Positions 9,898 through 18,160 of a stretch of DNA of 64,000 nt are shown here, one piece after another. The notes under the pieces are model-generated. The model was not told the origin of the DNA and did not search any database. It saw only the letters and a list, made by a program, of their open reading frames with translations. This DNA is from Candidatus Gottesmanbacteria bacterium (lineage in GTDB: Bacteria > Patescibacteriota > Microgenomatia > 2-02-FULL-39-11), in assembly GCA_016186795.1 (NCBI GenBank), contig JACPKY010000001.1, positions 1,357 through 65,356 of the forward strand, given 5' to 3'. The translations under genes were made by a program, and so were the position numbers. Position 1 is the first letter of the stretch, and the number at the start of each line of letters is the position of its first letter.

Positions 9898-11012
9898 TAT
9901 TTTATTTCTACGAATGACTTTTTAAGTGCATCCAACACTCCATCAATATCTTTTTCCGAAACGTATCCCATATGGGCAACTCGTATAATTTTCCCTTTCG
10001 TTTCTCCCATGCCTCCTGCAAGTTCTATGTTGTATTTTTCTCGCAAAAGGTCAACCCATCTTTTTCCATCGACATTTTCGGGAAGGGTTATTGATGTCAC
10101 TGTTGGTGAAGCATCTTCATCATCTACAAAAAGAGTAAGACCTAGTTTTTTTATTCCACTCCGCAGATGATTCATTATCTGAATGTGTCTTTGAAATATT
10201 TTTTCCCTTCCCTCTTTTTTCATCATCTCAAGCGATGTATCAAGACCAAAAAGTGTTGTCACGGCGGGGGTTGCCGGAGTTTGGAATTTTTCTGCAAATT
10301 CTTTGTACAGTGAGATGTCAAAGTAGTAGTGCGGCATTTTTGCTGTTGCATGCCTTTCCCACGCATAAGGAGAAATCGAGATCATGGCGATCCCTGGGGG
10401 AGCCATCCATGCTTTTTGGGAAGCAGTTACCAAAACATCAATTCCCAAATCGTCCATCGGTAAATTTACAGCGCCAAGGGCGCTAATACTATCAACTAAA
10501 AGGAGTGGTTTTGACCTATGAGTTTTTACAAGCGGTGCAAGTTCGGAAATCCCATTGAGTACTCCCGTTGATGTTTCATTATGAGTAAAAAAAACTCCTG
10601 CCACATTATCGTGTTTTTCCAACGTCTGGTAAACCGTGTCTTTATCAACACTTTTTCCAACCGGAATTTTTACGTGATCAACGGTTGCCCCGAAACGAAT
10701 TGCAATCTCTGCCCAGCGATTTCCAAATTCTCCGCAGGTAAAGAAAATTAACTGATCCCCGGGCGAAAAGAAGTTGGAGACTGCCGCCTCAAGTCCTCCC
10801 ATCCCCGATGAAGTCAGTAAAAAAATATCGTTTTCTGTTTGGAAAAAATAGGCAAGATTTTCCGTGATCCTTTTTTGCATTTGTTCATACTCGTGTCCAC
10901 GATGATTAATCATTTGGCGAGATGTTGCGCTAAGAACTTCAACAGGAAGAGGGGTGGGGCCTGGGATGCGAAGATTCGTCCTAGATTTTTTATTCATGAG
11001 GATATAAATCAA
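9897..11012 (-). CDS. Class-V aminotransferase (phosphoserine / serine-glyoxylate aminotransferase family)
   Basis: N-terminal LRIPGPTPLP and the PLP-lysine motif TASQKAWMAPPG are hallmarks of the AGXT/SerC class-V fold. Its stop overlaps the start of the downstream dehydrogenase gene. Confidence 0.8.
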   Translation of the reverse strand: MIYILMNKKSRTNLRIPGPTPLPVEVLSATSRQMINHRGHEYEQMQKRITENLAYFFQTENDIFLLTSSGMGGLEAAVSNFFSPGDQLIFFTCGEFGNRWAEIAIRFGATVDHVKIPVGKSVDKDTVYQTLEKHDNVAGVFFTHNETSTGVLNGISELAPLVKTHRSKPLLLVDSISALGAVNLPMDDLGIDVLVTASQKAWMAPPGIAMISISPYAWERHATAKMPHYYFDISLYKEFAEKFQTPATPAVTTLFGLDTSLEMMKKEGREKIFQRHIQIMNHLRSGIKKLGLTLFVDDEDASPTVTSITLPENVDGKRWVDLLREKYNIELAGGMGETKGKIIRVAHMGYVSEKDIDGVLDALKKSFVEIK

Positions 11013-11029
11013 TTATGAACAAAAATTTG

Positions 11030-11473
11030 TTATGCTGCAATAGCCGGAGCAACAGGAGAATCTGATTCTTCATTTGGAATCTCATTGAGCCACCCATCAA
11101 TTGTTTTTTGCGTTACTTCCCATGCTTTAGGGCTAACGGTTGATTTGTATTGTGTAAGGAGATCTTTGACAATAGTTTCCATCTCTTCTAATGCGATTTT
11201 AGCGTTGGTTTCATCATTAAAAATATCTTTTGTTACTATAGAAATTTCTTGTAGGATTTTTTGTTGATCTTTTGAATTCTGAGCAATTCCTTTTTCCAAT
11301 TCTGAAAATTTATCAGATGGAAGTTTTTCAATAAAACGCAATAAAAAACTTGTAACAAATCTTTGAGATATTTTTTCAGAAAGTTCAGCTTTCTTTTCAT
11401 CTGAAGTAGCTGAAAGCCCGATAAAAAGCCCAATTATTCTTCTTAGAACTTTCAAATAGCTCTCCAAATTCAT
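11030..11473 (-). CDS. Hypothetical protein
   Basis: 147-aa ORF translationally coupled to the two upstream genes. No motif recognised. Confidence 0.4.
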   Translation of the reverse strand: MNLESYLKVLRRIIGLFIGLSATSDEKKAELSEKISQRFVTSFLLRFIEKLPSDKFSELEKGIAQNSKDQQKILQEISIVTKDIFNDETNAKIALEEMETIVKDLLTQYKSTVSPKAWEVTQKTIDGWLNEIPNEESDSPVAPAIAA

Positions 11474-12255
11474 AATGATTGTGCTCCCCCCATTTCAGCA
11501 GAACTCAAGAACGCTCTCATTCCATCTCTGGCTTGTCTCGCCGTGTCTCGTCTTACTACCCAGGTTGCTACCCTTGGAGCTATTTTGTCGATTCCTAAAA
11601 TAGCAGCAGGTCCTGCGAATGTTGAACCGATAGCTGTTGCAAGTAAACCGATCACACCTGCTTTCGACGCTTCACCAAATAGTTCACGTGATACTTGTCC
11701 TGGACCGCCAACTGCATGAAAAACAGCATCACCAACAAAAAGTGGAGCAACACAGGAGCCCAAAGTTGTAATGACAGAACCAGCAACAAGATTTATATTA
11801 TGAATTCTACTTGTAATTTGCTTCACTGCGGCAGGTGAAATAGGAAGGGACATAGCATGCAAAAACTTTTGTAGAACCGCAGCTCTCCCTGCTTCATCCA
11901 TGAATGGATTTATTTCTGTAAGAGCCTCTTGCAGAGCTAATACTTCACGATCTGGGGGCAATTGTTCAGCTCTACTACCGGGCTTAATGAGTGGTTCTGG
12001 CTGCTTTGACGGTTTATCGCTTGGACCGCCTGTTTTTGCATCCTTGCTAAATGCTGCAGTTAAGTCACTATAAACTTTTTTTAATCCTCCTGGAACTAAG
12101 TCATTCAAACGTGCTCGAATAGTGTTTGCACTCGCAGTAAAAGCTGCCGAATCAAATGGAGGCAGAGTTGTTCTCTTTTCAGGTGGGATCGTCCTCAGTC
12201 CTACCGGTTTAAGGTCGATATTTTTGACCGGCACTGGTAATGGTGCATCGATCAT
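11470..12255 (-). CDS. Hypothetical protein (Pro-rich N-terminus, Gly/Ala-rich hydrophobic C-terminus)
   Basis: 261-aa ORF overlapping its neighbours by 4 nt on both sides. Confidence 0.45.
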   Translation of the reverse strand: MIDAPLPVPVKNIDLKPVGLRTIPPEKRTTLPPFDSAAFTASANTIRARLNDLVPGGLKKVYSDLTAAFSKDAKTGGPSDKPSKQPEPLIKPGSRAEQLPPDREVLALQEALTEINPFMDEAGRAAVLQKFLHAMSLPISPAAVKQITSRIHNINLVAGSVITTLGSCVAPLFVGDAVFHAVGGPGQVSRELFGEASKAGVIGLLATAIGSTFAGPAAILGIDKIAPRVATWVVRRDTARQARDGMRAFLSSAEMGGAQSL

Positions 12256-12256
12256 A

Positions 12257-12658
12257 TTACACTAACTTCCCTCCTGGAGTTGACTGTACTGGTTGAGGTG
12301 GGGTAGATGATTGAGCGGGTTGAGGAGATTGCTGAGGTGGAGTTGAAGAAATGACTGCCGCAGTTTCTTTTTTCAAATCTTCCAAACTTTTTTGTGTTTC
12401 TTCCAATAATTTTTCTGTTTCGGCGTCTTCTTTTTTTGTTACGTATTCATTTAAAAGGGCCGAAAGTTCGGGAAATGTTGTTATGAGTTTGGTGACTGCC
12501 TCATGTGTTTTGTCATCAGTCATACCTTCATCAAGAATGTCTGGAACTGCTTTGGAGATTTCAGCGGCACGGTCTGGAGTCAATTTTTGTGCCTCCACTT
12601 CATCAAGAAGATACATCGCAATGTCTTTCATAATCTGCGATGCAAGAGTAAGATCCAT
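12257..12658 (-). CDS. Hypothetical acidic protein with P/Q-rich C-terminus
   Basis: 133-aa ORF, first in a string of co-directional genes. Confidence 0.4.
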   Translation of the reverse strand: MDLTLASQIMKDIAMYLLDEVEAQKLTPDRAAEISKAVPDILDEGMTDDKTHEAVTKLITTFPELSALLNEYVTKKEDAETEKLLEETQKSLEDLKKETAAVISSTPPQQSPQPAQSSTPPQPVQSTPGGKLV

Positions 12659-12768
12659 ATATCCATGGTTCCATAAATTTACCGACCTGTCAAGAAGTTC
12701 CCCATTAAAAAAACCGGTGGCATACTTTCTCCTGTTTGTGGATTATCCACGTACAAAAGAGGCTGATA

Positions 12769-13185
12769 TCACGACTCTCTCTTTGCAGCCCTCTTCATCC
12801 TGTCAGGATCCAACATCCAGTAGAAGTCAATCGTCTTTGCATCAGACGCCATAAGCTTGAGCACTTTCTCGAGTTTGGCTTGGTTGATGCTCTTCGTATA
12901 GATGCCGGTGCCGCGAGGTGTCTGCATTTCTAAAACATACATTGTCGTATGTGCACGGACTCCCCGGGAAAAAGCGGGTGGATTGTATCGTCTGAAGAAG
13001 GTTTCTTTCACCTGGAACTTGCCGCCTGCCAAATCCGTACCCACGCGATATTTATGCGGGGTTGTGGGTAATCGCTGACACTCTTTGGCAGCGGCGAGTG
13101 TCGGATGCTCGGTTCCGCAGATATTGCATATCCATCCGGGAACTCGCTTTGGTTTACTTCGCTGAAGCTTTTGGAGTGCTCTCAT
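12769..13185 (-). CDS. Hypothetical basic protein with a Cys cluster (CNICGTEHPTLAAAKEC)
   Basis: 138-aa ORF; possible Zn-ribbon. Confidence 0.4.
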   Translation of the reverse strand: MRALQKLQRSKPKRVPGWICNICGTEHPTLAAAKECQRLPTTPHKYRVGTDLAGGKFQVKETFFRRYNPPAFSRGVRAHTTMYVLEMQTPRGTGIYTKSINQAKLEKVLKLMASDAKTIDFYWMLDPDRMKRAAKRES

Positions 13186-13396
13186 CTTTACTCCTTTTGG
13201 AGAATCCTATATCCTGTTCCGATCGACCTTCAATCAGCTCATTTCATGCGCACCTCCTTTGTTTCATCGAATGAGAGTTAGAAAAAGAGAAAAAGGAAAT
13301 TTTAATGTACAACTAAATTCCAGCTATTAGGAATGTTATACTTCTAGGTTATAAATTAGACCGATAGAATACTACAAAATACGCGAGGTATCAAAC

Positions 13397-13427
13397 CCCA
13401 CAAAAAATCCGCCCTCAAAAGAGCGGA
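13397..13427. terminator. Hairpin repeat, copy 1 (CCCCACAAAAAATCCGCCCTCAAAAG + GCGGA)
   Basis: A stem TCCGC/GCGGA closes a CCTCAAAAGA loop. The first 26 nt are identical to 14117-14142. Confidence 0.5.
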
Positions 13428-13450
13428 AAATATGTTTGGGCGTGAGAATA

Positions 13451-13900
13451 CTAATTTAGATTCCTAAAGTCTATTCTAAATTCTTTCTTATATCCTTCAA
13501 ATGTTATTTTTGCTTGCTGAAAAATATCTTTTCGTCCCAAAATACACTTAAATGCATTCACGCCTTCTGCAATATTTATACTTAATCGAAATTCATAATC
13601 ATCAATCTTAGCAACCAAGTTAGGAAAAGTATGATAGACAAAATTTCCCGATGTTGTTAAACCGACATGTCTTGGTAGTTTTTGCCAATTTATATTTAGA
13701 GCATCTGCGATTACTGTTGATATCAACCCTTGTTCTCCACCAGAATCTACCAATGCAAAGGTTGGGAATTCAAAATTTCCATGTATAAAAGTCACTGGTA
13801 CAACAGGAGCAAGAACCCCTGTTCTCTCTAAACCTGGCAATAAACTATATTTTAAAATTAGCATTGGAAAATAAACCGACAAAGTTAGAATAGGTCTCAC
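13451..13900 (-). CDS. Retropepsin-like (clan AA) aspartic protease domain protein
   Basis: The motif FALVDSGGEQGLIS resembles the hydrophobic-hydrophobic-D-S/T-G-A active-site flap of retropepsin-like bacterial proteases. Confidence 0.4.
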   Translation of the reverse strand: MRPILTLSVYFPMLILKYSLLPGLERTGVLAPVVPVTFIHGNFEFPTFALVDSGGEQGLISTVIADALNINWQKLPRHVGLTTSGNFVYHTFPNLVAKIDDYEFRLSINIAEGVNAFKCILGRKDIFQQAKITFEGYKKEFRIDFRNLN

Positions 13901-14111
13901 CAGCAGGAAAATAATAAAGTTTTTCTTTATACTTTTTAGCTTTCTGCATGGTAGCCTTTAAGGTTTTTCCACTGAAGACAACATTTTCAAAATCACTTGA
14001 GATAGCAACCCAACCACTTTTGTATTTCTTTAAAAGCTTTATGAAATTGATTCTTTTATATTTCATAACTAAATTATAACAAAATAAAGCAGAGTATAAA
14101 ATATCTATCAA
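13845..14111 (-). CDS. Small hypothetical protein (KYKSGWVAISSDFENVVFSG; DUF5678-like pattern?)
   Basis: 88-aa ORF whose 3' end overlaps the protease gene. Confidence 0.3.
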   Translation of the reverse strand: MIDILYSALFCYNLVMKYKRINFIKLLKKYKSGWVAISSDFENVVFSGKTLKATMQKAKKYKEKLYYFPAGETYSNFVGLFSNANFKI

Positions 14112-14116
14112 ATTTT

Positions 14117-14156
14117 CCCCACAAAAAATCCGCCCTCAAAAGGACGGATTTTTTCT
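14117..14156. terminator. Hairpin repeat, copy 2, a bidirectional intrinsic-terminator-like structure (AAAAATCCG-loop-CGGATTTTTT)
   Basis: A 9-bp stem flanked by an A-tract and a T-tract, lying between the small ORF and the 16S 3' end. Confidence 0.55.
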
Positions 14157-14322
14157 TGCCTGTTAGACGACTTGCCCTGAGCGAAGTCGAAGGGTTAACA
14201 ATCAAAAAGTGGTAGGAAGAAAGTTTGATGTTATTTTTACTAATAAAAATTAAAAAATAACAAAAATATAAAAAATAGAAAGGAGGTGATCCATCCCCAC
14301 CTTCCAGTAGGGATACCTTGTT

Positions 14323-15173
14323 CATGTTGTTCCCATTATTTCTAAGGGCATGGACTATATCTTCATCCCGATTGAATCGGGAGCCAACGTGTAGTCTCTA
14401 CGGGGTTAACAATGTAGAAGTAACGACTGAAATTTATACTTCATGCACGGTAAGATATGCGATCTCATAAGTAAGAAGAGTTTCTTTGCATTTGATTTTG
14501 AAAACCAGAGATAATTTCCTTTGCTATCATGATAAATTGTAGCTTTTAAGCCAAAATTTCTATCAAGACAGTCTTGAAGTATCTGATTTCCTGATAAACC
14601 AAATGCATATGTACTTATACGTAACCACTCTCCTTGTTTCGTTCCATTTCCATCATCCATAAACCAAACAGCCAAACTACGCGCTGATACAAGTAGCTTG
14701 TGTATATCAGATGGAATAATTTTTCTATTCCTGGTATAGAAAAGTCTTTTCCATTCGGATAATTCCGGATGATAAATCGTTCGAAGAATAATCGAATTGT
14801 TATACGGATCAAAAGTAGGACCTTTTAATGTCCATCTCTTCCAGAATCTGTAGTGCCAATCGACGTACTCCGAAAAAAGAACTGTGTGTCGAATCTTAAA
14901 TCTAGCTAACATTCCAGAACGTGATGATTCAATATGTCCATCACCAAGAAGAGTACCTATCAAAATTTCTTTCTGAATATTTGTAAGGTGTAGATTTGCT
15001 CGATACTCTTTAAGATATCTGGTGTTAGTAGCTCCGTGCGTCATTGCAACTTCCCTCGGTATTATCCTCTTAACTCAAGATAGCTTAATACTACTTCTTA
15101 AGTCAATTAGGACTTCACCGATATAGTTAGATTTTTCTAACCAATTACTTGGTTAGGTCGCTCTATCTCTAGG
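14323..15173 (-). mobile_element. Intervening sequence (probable group I intron) in 16S rRNA carrying a homing-endonuclease ORF
   Basis: It splits the conserved AAGUCGU|AACAAGGU segment. The 5' exon ends in U and the insertion ends in G, matching the group I rule. It carries the LAGLIDADG ORF on the same strand. Confidence 0.7.
14406..15044 (-). CDS. LAGLIDADG homing endonuclease (intron-encoded)
   Basis: Two LAGLIDADG-type motifs, LIGTLLGDGHIE and LAVWFMDDGNG, in a 212-aa protein lying wholly inside the 16S insertion. Confidence 0.8.
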   Translation of the reverse strand: MTHGATNTRYLKEYRANLHLTNIQKEILIGTLLGDGHIESSRSGMLARFKIRHTVLFSEYVDWHYRFWKRWTLKGPTFDPYNNSIILRTIYHPELSEWKRLFYTRNRKIIPSDIHKLLVSARSLAVWFMDDGNGTKQGEWLRISTYAFGLSGNQILQDCLDRNFGLKATIYHDSKGNYLWFSKSNAKKLFLLMRSHILPCMKYKFQSLLLHC

Positions 15174-15729
15174 ACGACTTAGTCCCCATCGCCAAGCTCG
15201 GCTTTATCCCGATAAATCGGGACATCGGCCGCCCTTGACTTTGTTGGCTTGACGGGCGGTGTGTGCAAGACCCGAGAACGTATTCACCGCGACCTGCTGA
15301 TTCGCGATTACTACCGATTCCTAGTTCATGCAGTCGAGTTGCAGACTGCAATCCCAACTGAGACGAAATTTCAGAGATTTGCTTGCTGTTGCCAGCTTGC
15401 ACCTCGCTGTTTTTCGCCATTGTAGGATGTGTGTTGCCCACGGCATAAGCGCCGTGCTGACTTGACGTCGTCCCCACCTTCCTCCCCGACAAATGTCGGA
15501 GCAGTCTCGTTTGAAATATATAACAAACGACGAGGGTTGCGCTCGTTACCCCACTTAAGGGAACACCTCACGGTACGAGCTGACGACAGCCATGCAGCAG
15601 CTTTCCTATCATCCTTGCGGATGATCCCGATTTTCATCGGGACTAAACGATAGGATGTCAAACCGTGGTGAGGTCTTTCGCTTCGTCTCGAATTAAACCA
15701 CATGCTCCACCGGTTGTGCGGGTCCCCGC

Positions 15730-15763
<34 letters not shown>

Positions 15764-16588
15764 CCCCAGGCGGGGTGCTTAACGCGTTAGCTTACGTCAC
15801 CCATTCCGCTAAAAGCGCACATTATATATGTACGCGCTTGGCGGAACGGGTAACTAGCACCCATGCGTTTACGGCTAGGACTACGCAGGTCTCTAATCTG
15901 CTTCGCTCCCCTAGCTGTCATGCCTCAGCGTCAGAAGTTGGTTGGTTTCCTGCCTTCGCTCTTGGTGTTCCTTTCGATATCAACGCATTTCACTGCTACA
16001 CCGAAAGTTCCGGAAACCCCGCCAACCCTCTAGTCTACCCATCTCTCACCCATGATCCGGTTAAGCCGAACCATTTAAGGCAAGATGCGGTAAACCGCCT
16101 ACGCGATGCTTTACGCCCAATAAATTCGGATAACGCTTGCGCCCTACGTATTACCGCGACTGCTGGCACGTAGTTAGTAGGCGCTTATTCTCCAGACCTC
16201 GATGGTCTGGCAAAAGAGGTTTACATACCGAAATACTTCATCCCTCACGTGGCGTCGCGCGGTCAGGCTTTCGCCCATTGCCGACTATTCCTGGTTGCTG
16301 CCACCCGTAGGTGTATGGCCCGTATCTCAGTGCCATTGTGGCTGGTCGTGCTCTCACACCAGCTACCCGTCATCGCCTTGGTGGGCTTTTACCCAGCCAA
16401 CTAGCTGATAGGAGTAAGGCTCCTCTCGAAGCGGGCAGTGACGCCCTTTGCTCTTGCGAGAACATGCAGTATTACCCCGTCTTTCGACGAGCTATACTTC
16501 ACTTCGAGGTAGATTCCTTACTATTACTCACCCGTCTGCCGCTGACCCCTTGCGGGGCCCGCTCGACTTGCATGCCTAAGGCACGCCA

Positions 16589-16621
<33 letters not shown>

Positions 16622-16799
16622 AATAAAATCCTACCACAACGTGCTATTCCTAATTGAGGGAAAAAAACCCGCCAACGTAGCGGGATGTTGCTCCTTATTA
16701 CAGTTGATCGTTGCCCTTATTCCTTCTTTTTGTCGTTCCCCTCTATTAAATGAATATCTTGTCTGACTATACTAAAATCCTCCTTGAGTGTCAAGGGTT

Positions 16800-17567
16800 T
16801 TAGTCATTATCTTTTCGAAAGAGAAAAACAGGGAGGAAAATTCCCGAGAGAACTAAGATTCCACCGATTCCAAGAAGTGATACGGTTGTCTCAATGATTC
16901 CAGTTTTTGGAAGGTACGATACCGTTGGCCGCACTGTATTGGTGGGACATGGTGTTCCTCCCTGCCCAGGAGTTGCACCAGCCGCACATGTCGGACCAAA
17001 TGTTGGAGCAGTAGACGTTGGAGATGGAGTGATCGTACTTGCTTCAATAACATAAATACAGTTATTGACATCGGTAAGGATATTTGAAAGCGTCGACCCA
17101 TCTTTCTTCCCCCACACTTTGGCAACCCCTGGAGTTGTATCGTCGTTTGGTTGATAGAAGACAAAGTTAAACTGTGCCTGACCTGCTGCTTTTGCGGTAA
17201 ATTGTATCTGCCCGATGGAGGCACTTCCCGTCCATGCAGGCTGACTGCTTCCATAATCAAGAGTAATCTTCCCTAAGTTTGCATCAACGGTATTTGTCGT
17301 TGGCTGACCCCAGCTTGAACTGGTTGTGACAGGTGTTGATTGACTTGCCGCCTGGAGTGTATCCGTCGTATAGGTTGCGATGACATTTGCCCCAAATGCC
17401 TGAAATGTCCGCGTATCTAATAGGTAGTCAACTATGAGCGTATCACCGACGTTTATTGTCTTGGTTGAGGGAGAACACTTAAGGTTTGCGTCTGTTGCCA
17501 AGACGTGTGTTGGTGAAGCAACGAAAAAAAGAGAAAAGACAAAGAATAGTGTAAGAATTCGTATCAT
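16800..17567 (-). CDS. Cell-surface protein with signal peptide, cohesin-like beta-domain and LPKTG sortase sorting signal
   Basis: N-terminal signal peptide. C-terminus reads PTFGPTCAAGATPGQGGTPCPTNT...LPKTG + hydrophobic helix + RKDND. The VGDTLIVDYLLD...ANVIATYTTDTL pattern is cohesin-like. Confidence 0.65.
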   Translation of the reverse strand: MIRILTLFFVFSLFFVASPTHVLATDANLKCSPSTKTINVGDTLIVDYLLDTRTFQAFGANVIATYTTDTLQAASQSTPVTTSSSWGQPTTNTVDANLGKITLDYGSSQPAWTGSASIGQIQFTAKAAGQAQFNFVFYQPNDDTTPGVAKVWGKKDGSTLSNILTDVNNCIYVIEASTITPSPTSTAPTFGPTCAAGATPGQGGTPCPTNTVRPTVSYLPKTGIIETTVSLLGIGGILVLSGIFLPVFLFRKDND

Positions 17568-18082
17568 TATAATGTTGCGGTCACTCCACGCGTCCCTCCT
17601 AAGATATCTTCAAGCGATCCTTTTTCGAGTACTTTGGTCTTTCCACCTTCAATAAAAGAAAGAACTGTTGTTGTTGGAGTTCCTGAAACCTTCGGTTGGA
17701 CGGTAAATGAGGCGATAATCCCTGCACCGTTCTCTTCAAGTGGAATGGAAGAAAAAGAAAACGTTCCATTTTCCTGATTGTCAATTCCACCGGTTGTTGA
17801 GTAAGAGGGACCACCGGCAAGCGTTGAGGAAATTATCGTTATTTCTTGCGGATTATATTGGATAGTCGCATCAACTCCCGCAACCGAACGTTTCGTAGAT
17901 AGTGTTACCGTAATAGTACTTGGCGAAACAAATATCATTGAAAGCGATGCTTCGCCTTTTGTCGCACTCGCTTGTTGGTTGGTTAGTTGACCTCTTTGTC
18001 CAACAACAACTGCGGTCACGAGTATAGAAAGCACAAATACCGAAACGCCAGTATACAATGGAAGCCGTGCAAGTATTTTCAT
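17567..18082 (-). CDS. Secreted/membrane-anchored protein with cohesin-like pattern (VAGVDATIQYNPQEITI)
   Basis: 171-aa ORF with an N-terminal TM helix. The stop/start abuts the downstream gene. Confidence 0.45.
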   Translation of the reverse strand: MKILARLPLYTGVSVFVLSILVTAVVVGQRGQLTNQQASATKGEASLSMIFVSPSTITVTLSTKRSVAGVDATIQYNPQEITIISSTLAGGPSYSTTGGIDNQENGTFSFSSIPLEENGAGIIASFTVQPKVSGTPTTTVLSFIEGGKTKVLEKGSLEDILGGTRGVTATL

Positions 18083-18160
18083 AAAAGCATGGAATAACGT
18101 ACTCTCATACCATTATGGGTAAAAGATAAAATAATGTCAACAATTCTTCGGGGAATACTG

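Noticed and set aside
11470-12700. Possible horizontally acquired higher-GC block (three unknown genes upstream of the serine operon)
   Set aside because: A by-eye GC estimate is only marginally above the neighbourhood. It is not distinctive enough to claim without computed GC/tetranucleotide statistics.
14100-14280. Expectation of 23S/5S rRNA or tRNA-Ile/Ala downstream of the 16S gene
   Set aside because: The sequence downstream of the 16S 3' end is an AT-rich spacer followed by the hairpin repeat and protein-coding genes. No 23S-like conserved blocks are present, so the rRNA genes appear unlinked here.
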